Assembly (NCBI GenBank): GCA_012862495.1
Contig: BLSG01000088.1
Coordinates: 79,658-115,358, forward strand
Origin: Thraustochytrium aureum
Lineage: Eukaryota
Reading direction: 5' to 3'
DNA: 35,701 bases
Shown here: positions 10,465 to 22,342 of the stretch, one piece after another
How positions within the stretch are numbered: position 1 is the first letter of the stretch
Layout of the letters: each line of letters begins with the position of its first letter
Notes under the pieces: model-generated
The model's input: the letters and a program-made list of their open reading frames with translations, nothing else
Database searches by the model: none
What the model was told of the DNA's origin: nothing
Made by a program: the position numbers and the translations under genes

Positions 10465-11443
10465 CCGCCTGATCGCCGAGCGCGCTCGAGGTCCAGTCAA
10501 AGGGCCTCCCAAGCCAGCGCCAGCCAGCTCTGCGTCACGCACGCTCCCACGCAGGACCTCGCAGCGAGCACCGCGGCGACGAGGCCGCTGGCGTTCAGGC
10601 AACTCGGTTTGGACGCCGGGGAGCGAGCGGAGCAGCACCAGAGTACTCAGAGAAGACAAGAGTACAGCCACAGCCAGCCAGCCGCTCGTCGAAAGCCGAG
10701 TCTGCCTGCGGGGCCTTGATCGATCGATCGATTGGCTTGTCGAGCGCCGCGTCCCGGCACCCAATGTTCGCGCAGGCACCCGACTCACCACGGGGAAAAC
10801 CGACTTTGCACATGCCGGCAGAGCGCCCTGTGTCCATCCGACAGCGTCCAGTCCGACGGAGTTGTGCGCGAGGCGTACGAGAATACCGGTACGTCCCGCC
10901 CGCCCGCCCGCTTGACGTACTCACCGCAAGTATGCTGCGGTGGCGCTCCGTTGTACGAGAGGCTTGGTCTACTCCAGGTTGGGCACTCCAGGTGAGTGCT
11001 TACTCACTGTCTTCTTGTCGTCGCAGCGGCTCGCGTCCGTGCGTGCGTGAGCGGGTCGGCTCCGAGCTTGGCCACGCGCGCTGAGCGCCGCACTGTTCGC
11101 TCGNNNNNNNNNNNNNNNNNNNNNNNNNNNNNNNNNNNNNNNNNNNNNNNNNNNNNNNNNNNNNNNNNNNNNNNNNNNNNNNNNNNNNNNNNNNNNNNNN
11201 NNNNNNNNNNNNNNNNNNNNNNNNNNNNNNNNNNNNNNNNNNNNNNNNNNNNNNNNNNNNNNNNNNNNNNNNNNNNNNNNNNNNNNNNNNNNNNNNNNNN
11301 NNNNNNNNNNNNNNNNNNNNNNNNNNNAGCGAGCCGAGCGACGAAGGCGAACTGCCGTCCTCCAGCTAGTAGAGCTCTCTCGAGCCAGCTTTAGAGCGCT
11401 ACTAGAGCAGGGCAGGACGCGGCCGCGGCCGCGCGCGGACGGG

Positions 11444-14400
11444 ATGCCGCTCACGTCCTCGGTGCGCGATGTACCAGCGGGTGTCATCGTTCGAAGGCCC
11501 TGTCTCGTGTTCTGGGGCACGCTCGCAGTCGTGGCTCTCCTGAGCTGCATACCCTTTGCTCTGCAGCTAAGTGTCGTGATCGACACTGGCGTCAGCACGT
11601 TTCAGACTCACGGGACAGCACTCTCTGCCGCAGAGACCGCGGGAGACGCCATCTCCGATCTGATCAAGTTGCAGAACAAGCCGAGCACAAGTACTCGCCG
11701 CCGCCTCGCCTCTGACTATCCGCTCGACGCGCTGGTCGAGGATCCAAGTGCATGGGATAGGAGAACCATGTCCGTCGGACACGCCAACGCGCGCCATTTG
11801 CACGAAGTTGCTCGCCGGGGTGCAGAAACCGTGACAATACCTCGCGCGCTCGACGAGCCGGTCGCCACGTGCGCCGTTGCCGCCTGCGGCGTCGAGAGGG
11901 AGGTGTGCGAATCTCACCAAGGCAACAACACCGCGCTCTGCGGCCAAGCCAGCGACCGCGCAGCCCTCTGCGTATCCCACAAAGACGCCGACGCGTGTAT
12001 AAGTGAGCTTTACAGCTCTTACGCGTGGAGCTCGAGCGTTCGTACTCTCGTGCTCTGCATTGGTGGCAACCGCCAGCCGTGCTCCGGCGAGTCCTCGACG
12101 GCACAGGCAGAGTCACTGCGCGTCGAAGTCGTCTACTGGGCGCACAGCTCGGCCTCGATCCTTACTGAGGAGCTCCTTGCCCAGGCCATGGCGATCGAGT
12201 CCTACATGCTTTCGCTCATCGCAAGCTCTGGACACTGCGTTGCACCGTCTCCCAGCGAGAGCCACCCCAACGGCGACGTTGACCCCAAGTGCGCCTCGTG
12301 GGCCCTCGAGGGCTCGTGCCTTACCCACGCGTCGTTCATGAACCGGTTTTGCAGGGCCAGCTGTGGCACCCGAGAGGAGACTAGGGCCGCTGCAACAGCC
12401 TTGTCCGGGTGCCGAATACCTGCTACAGCACTCGCGGAATTCTATCCAGCGTATCCTGACGCGGACGGTGCCCTACAAGGCGACCTGCTCCGGCGAAAGG
12501 TGGTCTCGTTGGCCGCCAAGGCCGACCATGGTGCGCTTGAGCGATGGACGGGTGTCCCTTTCACCGCGTTCTTCGACAAGACGTTCTCTTCCTGCAACTT
12601 GACCAGCGTGGTTTTAAGGTCGCACGTCCACATGCAGGCTAAGCCGGCAGAGAGCGCGGACGCATTCTGGGCCTGGCGCAAGTCTCTCTGGAACGCGGTG
12701 ACCGAGCACGCCAAATCTTCTGCTCCGGATCTCCGCTTCGCAAGATTTGACCTGGCCAGAGGCGAGGAGGAGAAAGAGGACATCTTGTTCGAGGACGCCA
12801 AGTTGGTTGGCGGCGTTATTGTCGTCGTGTTTTTGCTCACTTGGTACCACTGCAACTCGCTCTTTCTCGCGATCTGCAGCTTCCTGCAGGTCAAGCTCAC
12901 ATTCGTAAGTCCACCTTGGTTTCCTTGTCTGCACTTAACCGGCTAGCCCCAGTTCGCTAACCGCAGATCCTGGCGCCCGCGCAGCCGCTGGCCTATTTCG
13001 TGTACCGCGCCGTACTCGACATCTCCTGGCTCGGCACGCTAAACTTTCTTTCGCTCTTCATCGTCGTTGGGATTGGCGCAGACGACACCTTTGTCCTCCG
13101 CGACGCCTGGGTCCAGTCCGGGTCGATTTTCGGCGAGGACGACCTGACGATGCGTATGCGATGGACGCTTCGACGGGCGGGCCACTCGATGGCAATCACC
13201 TCGACGACCGGAGCGCTTGCTTTCTTCTCAAATGCCGTTTCCTCTGTGCCTCCGCTGCGCCTGTTCGGAATCTGGACAGGCCTGTTGCTGCTTGCAGACT
13301 TTGTGCTCACAGTTACCTTCTTGCCCGCGGCAATCGTGATCGAGGAGCGCTACCTGCGGCGCCGCAGCCTTGCCGGTGAGAGCCAGGTTGCGCCCATGCC
13401 ACAGCAAACGAGCGATCCGAAGCCAGCGGCGCAGCTTCGCGGAATCGAAAAGTTCTTTGCGACCAGGTACACGGCCTTTATGACGCGCAACGCGGGCTGG
13501 TTTGTGGTGGGGTTTTCGATTGTGCTTGCCGTGTTCGCAAACATCAGCCTCGACCTTGCCCCAACTCGAGAGAATCCGGTGCTCTACCCAGACACGCACA
13601 ACCTGGGGATGATGGAGACCCTCAAGGCAGGCGTTTTCCCAACCAGCACTTATCCGCTGCCAGTTTCGCTGATGTTTGGCGTCCTCCCTGTGGATAATCG
13701 ATTTGCGCTCGACCCGGCGTCCACGCCGAGCGTTGTTTGGGACGAAGCCTTCGATCCCAGCTCCACAGAGGCCCAGCAGCACGCAATCGGAATCTGCAAT
13801 CGGCTGCTGGCAAGCAGCGAGTTGGTTCGCATGGTTTTCCGTTGCCCGTGGTACGACTTTCGAGACTGGGCTATCGAGGACGGCAAGGGGTTTCCAGTGC
13901 CGCAGGAGGTGTTTCACGAAACCTTTGCGCGCTTCGTAGACAGCCCAGAGGGCTCCTTCTTTTCGGACGAGGGCGACGTTTTCGTCGAAACAGCGTCAAA
14001 GCGCCTCAAGTTCTTCCGAATCGTTGTGCTTACCACTCTGGACACGGGCTCGCTCTTTGACTTGGACGGCGTCAAAGCGAGCCACGACGAGTGGTTGGCT
14101 TGGATCTACCGCCGCAACACAGAGTGGGCCGCAAAGATGCAGGGCGGATGTCCTGGCGCCGAGGTCTTGGAGTTGAGCGGAGCGACCGAGGATGCGGACA
14201 GAGTCGTTTCCGATTGCGGGGTCGCACTGGTCGCGTCGAATTTCGACGGCATGGGCCGAAGCTTCATCACTGGGCGGCACTTTTACCACTTTGACACAAT
14301 CAACTCGTTGCAAGTTGTCGGCAAGCTGGCCATGGTTATTTCGTGGGTTCTGGCGTCCGTTTTTGTGACGCTGAGCACCAACAACGTGCTCATCGGCCTT

Positions 14401-16005
14401 TTCGCCGCGCTGACGTTCGCGAGCATCATCTTCCAGGTACTTGGTCTGATGGTCCTCGGCGGGTTTACCGTCGGGGTCCTGGAGAGCATTGTGCTGTCGA
14501 TCCTCGTTGGCTTGAGCGTGGACTACACTGTACATCTTGCCAACGCCGTTGTTGAGGCCCCGGCAGGGCTTACAAGCGCAGAGCGGACGCAAATCGGTGT
14601 GAGCCGCCTCGGCATCAGCGTCCTTTTCGGGGCCCTCACCACGGCAGCGTCGGGGCTCGTTCTTTTTTTCACGACCATTACCTTTTTCCGCATATTTGGG
14701 TGGTTTATTGTCACTGTGGTGATCGTCTCGCTTGGGAACGCGCTCGGCTACTTTGCGGCGCTTTGCTTTTGGTGGTGCCCCAGGGACGGGGCGTTTGATA
14801 TCCTGCGGTCCTCCAAGCGTAGTGCAGGGGGGGTTCCAGGTACCGCAACTAGTGCGGCTACTTCTCCTCCCCTTGGCGAGTTGGGAGCAAACACTTTGCA
14901 AGGCGCCCCTCAAGTAGCGCCAGGCGACGCGGGCGGGCAGAACGCAGCGCTGCCCAAGAAGCGAGTCTCGGTAGCAATCTTCCTCCCATCGCGCAAAGAG
15001 GGGGCCCAAAACGCTGCTCGGCAGAGCTTTTACAAGCTGACTTCCGGTCTCGCTCTCTTGTTGGGCTTGGCAGCCGCCCTGCGCACCCTGCTCAGCGCGC
15101 CCGGCGGCGACGCGATGGCCGCGTTTGATGCCGCGCAAGCCGAGACGGGAGGCGTTGTTTCGCTCAACCTCACGTTCCCGCGCACGAAGCTCCTTGCTTC
15201 GCGAACTCAGTACATGTGCAGCGGCTTTGGGTTTTCCGACGTGACACAGCCCACGATCTACGTCAACGAGATCCGCGTCGCAGACCGCAAAGTTGGCATT
15301 GTCCACCATATGGTCGCGTTTCGGATGATGAGCACCCCGCGGCGATGCGCGTTCCAGTGCTTTGACATGCCGGAGACAACGGGCGTAGTGTATGCCTGGG
15401 CCATAGGTTCGTACGGGCTAAAGCTCCCTGAGGGCGTGGCCATTCCTGTTGGCGGAAGCTCTGCGACCTCGTCGATTGCACTTCAAATACACTATGACAA
15501 CTATCCCGAGACGGAGACCGAGGACCCCGGAAGCGGGCTCATCTTCTATGGCTCGCACACGCCGCCGAAGCACTTGCTCACAACCTTCGCCGTTGGATTT
15601 GCCACCAACTCGCCGTCGGTGGCGATCCCGCCGGGCGAGGCAGACTTTCGCATCAAGACAAGGTGCCGGCCCAAGCTGATCGGCAACGTGACGCTGCTCG
15701 CATACGGTCATCACGCGCACAAGGTTGGCAGAAGAATTGAGGCCAGCCAAATCCGGGGTGGCAGCACCATTGCGTCACTAGGGGTTGAAGACCCGTACGA
15801 CTTTGACCTCCAAAACATGAAGCTCTTCGACAGCGCCCCGACCCTAGTTCCGGGCGACGAGATCGAGATCGAGTGCGCCTACAATACCGAGTCCAAGTCG
15901 GCGTATGTTTACGGTGGGCTGGAGAGCGACGACGAGATGTGCATGACGTTTTTCATGGCCTACCCGCAAGAATATGTCGTGGAGCCTTTCTGCTACGTCT
16001 ACTAG
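11444..16005 (+). CDS. Dispatched/Patched-family (sterol-sensing, RND) transporter with a ShK-like domain, fused to a C-terminal copper type II ascorbate-dependent monooxygenase; exons ~11444-12904 and 12985-16005
   Basis: SSD motifs FIVVGIGADDTFV (GIGADD 13069-13086), SMAITSTT, PPLRLFG, and LVGLSVDYTVH (GLSVDY 14509-14526). Monooxygenase motifs IVHHM, YAWAIG, LQIHYDN, HHAH, YDFDLQ, GDEIEIECAYNT, DEMC. The frame is also open upstream of 11444 to the gap at 11328, so the true start is uncertain. Confidence 0.9.
12905..12984 (+). other. Spliceosomal intron (80 nt) in the RND-monooxygenase gene
   Basis: Donor GTAAGT at 12905, branch-like GCTAAC at 12956-12961, acceptor CAG at 12982-12984. Removal joins the two ORFs in frame as FLQVKLTF|PLAYFVYR. 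An alternative in-frame acceptor exists at 12966. Confidence 0.8.
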
Positions 16006-18014
16006 AGCCGTGCGGGAGTCGTCGCAAGCGAGCAAGGAAAGCAAGCAAGCCCAACCCCCAAACGCCGCAACAAGGAAAGGTTAGAGTCAATTACCACCGC
16101 CGCTATGCACCGTATATTTATTGTAGGGATCTTGGAGCCCCCTCGCGCTTACGGCCGAGGACGAGAGCGCGGCAGAGCAACCTCTAGAGCACGCCGGTGT
16201 GAGCAAGGCTTCGTTAAAAGGCCGCGCCGGCCAAGGTGCGCCAAGACGGAGGTCGATAGCGATTCCGTGCGACCCTTGCATAATTTGAGCGCCACATCGT
16301 TCAGGACTTGACTTGCCGCCTCCGCGTTCGTCCGAGTTAGAACTAGAAGCAAACTGCCCTCAACGTGAGCCCTGCCGTTTCATCGGAACGTAGCAGTCCA
16401 AAATGGGGGCGAATGGAACCGTCAGGTCCAGTTCGCAGAGGAACGGCACGCCACGCTGCTAATGAATGGCGAGGCTTGCAAGTCCTGAGAACTAGGAATG
16501 ATACGAGGACCGCGAACCATACCTCGACGTCTTGCCTTGGCTCAGACAGGCTTGTCCTTCGCCGTTGCTCGGCTTGTCCGTTGTTTTTTTCTTCTTCTTC
16601 TTCTTTCCCAAGCGTCCCCAAACAGCACTCTCCACTGATCGCTGGACTTCCGCTCAGAGGTCTGCGCGCTTCCAGGCCGTGCTCGATCACTCTCTCGCGC
16701 GCTGGCTCAAAGCACCGAGCCTCGTTCAGTGGCGAGGCCCTGTGGGCTCAAGGCTCCGCGAGCCAAATCGCCATGCCACCAACCGATTAGTCTGCGCGCG
16801 TCGTTTCACAAAGCTCACGGCCTTCTCAGCGGTTGAGCGGTGGTCTGGCCACGATGGAGCTGCTCAGGAGGCCACCTCGAGCCCAACAGCTCCAGCGCGG
16901 CCCTCTGCGCGAGTGGCGTTGGACATGCAGGTCCACTGTGACCAAACTCGATGCGACGGAGTGCGGAGAAGAGGTCAAGCACAAGCAAACGGATCGCTGG
17001 GTGCGGCGGGCGACAACGACCTCGCGCTCCTCTGCCGAATGACAGCCTGCGTCGCACGCTTCGCGCCGGGCTCTTCTTGTCTGTGCTGAAAGAAGCGGAT
17101 GTTTAGCAGTTCTCATGATGGGAGTTGCGTTGCTCTTGTTCTTTTTCCAGCCAATGCGCCAAGCAGAAAGGGCATACAGAGTACTTGAAGACCATCTCAC
17201 ATGCACGTAGGCTGCGCAGCCGCCTCGCGACCGTCGCAGTCGCATCCCCGCCCGCCGCTGCGTCGACTCGCTGCTCGGCGGCCGACCTCGAAGCACCCTC
17301 GTGGCGACCAACTAGGCGTTGGGTCTCCCCTCTAATTATAGGCCGCAATAATAAGATATTATCTAAATAGTTTACAGAGGGATTAATGTCCGTTTCGTGC
17401 CTTTGCGATGTGCTTCAGCCCCGTGGGTGCCGCCGCGCAGAGGCGGTGCACGCAACTCTCGCGCGTGTGAGAGCGCAGACCAGGCAAGAGCGCGAGGCGA
17501 AAGAGTGAGAGACTCGGAGCCTGTTTCGCAGCACTCTGGACAAGAACTGGTCCATCGCAAGCGCATTTGCGGCGTCCAACTACTCGGCAACACCAACAAA
17601 AAACAACAGCTCTCCGGCATCACCAACATCAAGACGGAGAGAGCACCAGGTCAAAACGACTCGGTTGCGAGCGCGCGCAGGCCGACGGGCAGGCACACGG
17701 CCACGCGCGGAGGCCCGGCGCGCGAGAGCGAGCAAAGGCAGCACCCAGGGGACTTGTCGTAGGCCCTCGAACGCTCGACGCGGTGGGCGTAGACGCGCCG
17801 CTCCAGAGGTACACGGGAAGCCAGCGAGCTTTGCGTTGGGGTCCACGTGAGGCGAGCGGGAGGAGGCGGCTTTCTCGGGCGGCGAGGGCGGCGGCTGTCG
17901 CTGCGAAGGGCGGGCGGCCGCACGACGGCGGGGCAAGCGGCGCGCCGCACGGCGTGGCCCGCCCCACCTTTCAGGGAATCGGCAGCGATCCCCTGCGCTC
18001 GATCCTTGTGAAAG

Positions 18015-21000
18015 ATGAACGAGACAAATCACATACGCGACGTGGAGGCTGCTGACGGGGCCGGGGCTGGCTCCGGAACAGCGGCGCTCGAGGTTGGCGT
18101 CAAGGCCTCACGGCCGTGGCAGGACCGCGTCTTGGAAGCTCTGCGCCTAAAACGGCCGGTTGTCAAGGTGGGGTCGCGCTTTGCGCACCTAAACGAGCCA
18201 GAGCAGAACGACAAGTACCAGCACGTGTCCAACGTGGTCAAGACGTCAAAGTACACCGGGTATAACTTCCCGCTCAAATTTGCTGTGGAGGCGTTCAGCA
18301 AGTTTGCCAACTCGTACTTTTTGCTTGTTGGCGTGCTTCAGATGATCCGGCCCATCAGCATCACAAACGGGATTCCATACAACCTTGGCCCACTCGTGCT
18401 CGTCCTGTTCGTGGAGGCGGTGGCCCTTTTACTGGAGGACAGCCAGCGGCACCGCGACGACCGCATTGCCAACGCGTCGCACGTGGACACCCTATCCCGC
18501 GACTCCAAGCTGGTGAGCAAGACGTGGGCACAGCTCGTGGTGGGCGACATTGTGCGACTTCAAAACCGCGAGCCCGTGCCGGCCGACTTGCTGATTCTCA
18601 CAAGCGCGAACGAGCCGGCGATCTGCTACGTCGAGACAAAGTCCCTCGACGGGGAAACCAACTTGAAGCTGCGACAGGGGCTCCCCGCGCTGGCCGAGCT
18701 TCTCAAGGCGCTTTCAACGAGCAAGTCAGGCAAGTCGGGCGAGACGGCGCTCTTGATGGCCCTGAATAGGCTGCAGGGCCTGGTCGAGTACCAGTCGCCC
18801 GACGCGGCGATCGACACCTTTCACGGGCGCGCGAGCATCAAGCTCGGAGACGTCATGGTCGAGGGAAGTCTGGTGGCGGACAACCTTTTGCTCCGCGGCT
18901 GCGTGCTGCGAAACACGGACGAGATGTACGGATTTGTGCTCAACACGGGGCACGACACCAAAATCATGATGAGCGCAAGCGAGACGAAAGGCAAGATGAG
19001 CGACCTCGACGTGCGCATCAACCGCTACATTTTGCGGTTTGTCGTGGCGGAGCTGGCCCTCTGCGTGTTTTCCGCGGGGCTGAGCATGCTCTGGGACAGC
19101 AGGACCGGGTCGTCGGCCTACTATCTCGGGGACACTTCGGATGTCGCCACCGGATTTGGGGCTTTCTGCAAGCGCGTGCTGACATTTTTCCTCTTGGTGG
19201 CGAATTTGATCCCCATCGCGCTCTACGTTGCGATGAAATTTGCGCGCTTCTTCCAGGCTCAGTTCATGATGCGGGACAAGCTCATGGCGTACACGATCCC
19301 GGCGCCTCCGAGCAAGAGCAGCGGTGCTGGCCGCAAGAGCGCAACTGCAAGAAAGTCCAGCCAGCAGCCGGCGAGAGCTCCAGACGAGGACCAGTCCGAC
19401 GCGGCGAGGATGAAAGCCGAGGCAGCGGAAGCTGCTGATGCAGAGGCCTTCAAGGTCCCGTTCAAGGTGCGCACGATGGACATGAACGACGCGCTTGGGC
19501 AAATCAACTACTTGTTTTCTGACAAGACGGGCACGCTCACGACAAACGTGATGGAGTTTCGCAAGTGCTCGATCAATGGCGTGTCCTACGGCAGGGGCTG
19601 CACGAGCATAGGGATCAAAGCCCTAGAGCGCGCCGGGCGCCACAAGGAGGCCGCGAACAAGCTCGCTGAGCTGGACGAGCTCGAGGCCGAGGTCGCAAGT
19701 CAGGGCAGGGCAGTCGTGCCGTACTTTAACTTTGTGGACGATCCCGGGCGCTCGCTTTATGCAGAGCTGCGCTCAGACCGCGAGCCGCGACCCCTCGATG
19801 CGCCGCCCATCCCAGAGCAAGCGCAGCGCGTGACGCAGTTCTTCGTTGCGCTGGCGCTGTGCCACGAGGTTCTTCTCGAGAATGTCCGGGACGAGAACGG
19901 GCAGGACACTGGCGAGCTGCGCCTCTCGGCGGCCTCCCCAGACGACCAGGCCCTCGTGAATGCGGCAGCACAGTTTGGCATCGTGTTCAAGGGAAAGGCG
20001 AACGGCGGGCGGCTCGTCAACCTGGAGCTCTGCATGCCTTTTGTGAACGGGCAGCAGCAGGGCAAGGGCAAGGTGCTCCGGTTTGAGCTGCTGCACACCT
20101 TGGCCTTTACGTCGACGCGGCGGCGCATGTCTGTGATCGTCCGCGACCTGAAATCAAGCGAGGTCCACTTGTTCTGCAAGGGCGCCGACGACGTTATTTT
20201 CGAGCGTCTGCGAGGCGCGACTAGTGGCAGCGACGGCGGGGAAAGAGACCCCGAGTCGCTCGAGGCGCTGACTGAGAGGCACTTGATCGAGTTTGCGGAG
20301 GAGGGGCTGCGCACCTTGGCTGTGGCGCACAAGACGCTGAGCGAGGCCGAGTATGAGCACTTCGCCACGAGTTTTGAGCGCGCGACCCAGGACGTCGCCG
20401 TGCAAGAGCGCCGCAAGAACCGCGAGACGAACGACATCGACTCGCTGATGGACGAGATGGAGGCCGGGCTAGAGCTGATCGGGGCAACCGCCATCGAAGA
20501 CAAGCTGCAGGACCTCGTGCCGGAGACCATTAGCACCATAACCGGCGCCGGCATCAAGGTGTGGATGGTGACAGGGGACAAGCTCGAGACGGCGATGAAC
20601 ATTGCGTATGCCTGCAACCTCGTCGACGACCAGACGGCCGACACGCTCCTAATGACGGCGGGGACGTCCGGGGCCTGGCGGAGGCCAAGGCGGCGCTGGA
20701 CAAGGGGAGCAAGCACCTGCGCGAGTCTCCGGGACGCGACCACGTCCTCGTGGTCGAGGGCAGCGTGCTCGCTCTCGTTCTGAGCGAGCCGGGCGTCAAG
20801 TCGCAGTTCCTCGAGCTGAGCATGGCGTGCCGCTCTGTGGTTGCATGCAGGACCGCGCCGATGCAAAAGGCCCAGCTGGTTTCACTCGTGCGAAACTCCG
20901 CCAAAGACGACCTGAAGACTATGGCGGTGGGCGACGGCGCGAACGACATCCCGATGATCCAGGCCGCACACGTCGGGGTCGGTATTGCAGGCCAGGAAGG

Positions 21001-21902
21001 GCTGCAGGCGGCAAACTCGGCCGACTATTCGTTCGGGCAGTTTCGGTTCCTGGAGCGCCTCCTCCTTGTGCACGGCCGGAGCAACTATCGGCGAATGAGC
21101 AAGCTCGTGCTCTTTATGTTTTACAAGAACATTGTGCTCACGGTGGCCCAGTTCCTGTTTAGCTTTGCGAACGGGTGGTCGGGCCAGAAGATCTACCTCG
21201 AGTTTGGGCTGCAAGTGTTCAACCTCGTTTTCACGGGGCTGCCCAGCTTTTTGCTGGCCGTGTACGACACGGACCTCCCGGACGAGATCATCGTCAAATA
21301 CCCGAGTCTCTACGCGCTAGGCCAGCACAACACGCTGTTTTCAATGCGCGTGTTTTGGCTGTGGATCCTCAACGGCATCTTCCACGCCATCGTGATCGCG
21401 TTTTTCTGCTTTTACGTCTGGGCGGGCAGCGACACGGACATGTGGATGGTGGGCTGCCTGGGGCTCACGCTTGTCATCATGGTGTCGAACGTCAAGGTGT
21501 TTTTTGAGCAGAGTACGTGGCGGCTGTCCAACCACCTGTCCTGGTGGTTTACGCAGCTGCTGTGGCCCGCCATGGCGGTGTGCCTCGAGCTGCCGATGTG
21601 GATCGGGTATGGGGACTGGGGGTTTCAGTGGATGTATGTGTACCGCACAGTTATGGGCCAGCCCCTGACCTGGTTGGTTATGGCGCTTTCGCTTATCGTT
21701 TTGCTCGCCCGCGAGGTGTTTTGGAAGGGTTGGGTCCGTCATACGCGGCCTTGCTTGTACCACATCCTGCAGGAGTGTGTCAAGTTTGACCTTCCCTTGC
21801 CGAGCCCCAAGCAGGGTCGAGGCGATCCAGCGTGGTATCGAGCTAGGCGCGCGCCACGGCAGCGCGCGCGTGGTGGCTGTGAGCGACAGAGAGGCGGCGT
21901 GA
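18015..21902 (+). CDS. P4-type ATPase (phospholipid flippase); frameshift at ~20670 and a possible second at ~21815
   Basis: Motifs ETKSLDGETNLK, LLLRGC, FSDKTGTLT (D at 19521), KGAD, EGLRTL, GATAIEDKLQ, WMVTGDKLETA. The second frame carries GDGANDIPMIQAAHVGVGI, QFRFLERLLLVHG, FYKN and the C-terminal TM helices. The stop is either TGA 21900-21902 (shifted tail VEAIQRG...REAA*) or TAA ending at 21919. Confidence 0.95.
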
Positions 21903-21914
21903 AGGGCGCTTTAA

Positions 21915-21920
21915 AATAAA
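21915..21920 (+). promoter_or_regulatory. Possible polyadenylation signal (AATAAA in an A-rich tract)
   Basis: AATAAA lies just downstream of the TGA at 21900-21902 in otherwise GC-rich DNA. Confidence 0.3.
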
Positions 21921-22342
21921 AAAAGAAGGGGGTTTCTTGATGATTCTTGCTGCTACTATTGAAGACGAAGAGTGCGGCTGGCTCCTAATGCGGCCGGTGG
22001 CGGGGCATCTCTGCGCGCGACGGAGGCCGCGTGCTGAAGAGCCCCCAGACCAGTCCCGTAGGAACCAGACTGACAACCAAAAGTCTGAAGATGATTGTCT
22101 GCTTTCTCGCGCACGAAACACCGCACAATTTCTTCATTCATGGACGACCCGCGGCGGTGGCAAACCGGCTCGAGGCAAGGCGCTACTCGTCAAGCGGTGC
22201 CGGCGTGGCAACTTGCCCTTTCGTGCACACCGTGGCAATTGATCGATAGATCGATGCACGTCACCGCGAAGCCGCCGCTTCAAAAAATGGCGTGGAGCGC
22301 GCCGCAGGTTTTGCTTCGGCGACGGGGTCGCCAGCCGTCACA

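Noticed and set aside
17103..17348. Short minus-strand ORF containing VFKYSVCPFC (glutaredoxin-like CPFC)
   Set aside because: It starts at a non-ATG codon, ends ~20 aa after the motif, and shows none of the rest of a thioredoxin fold; it could be chance or a remnant.
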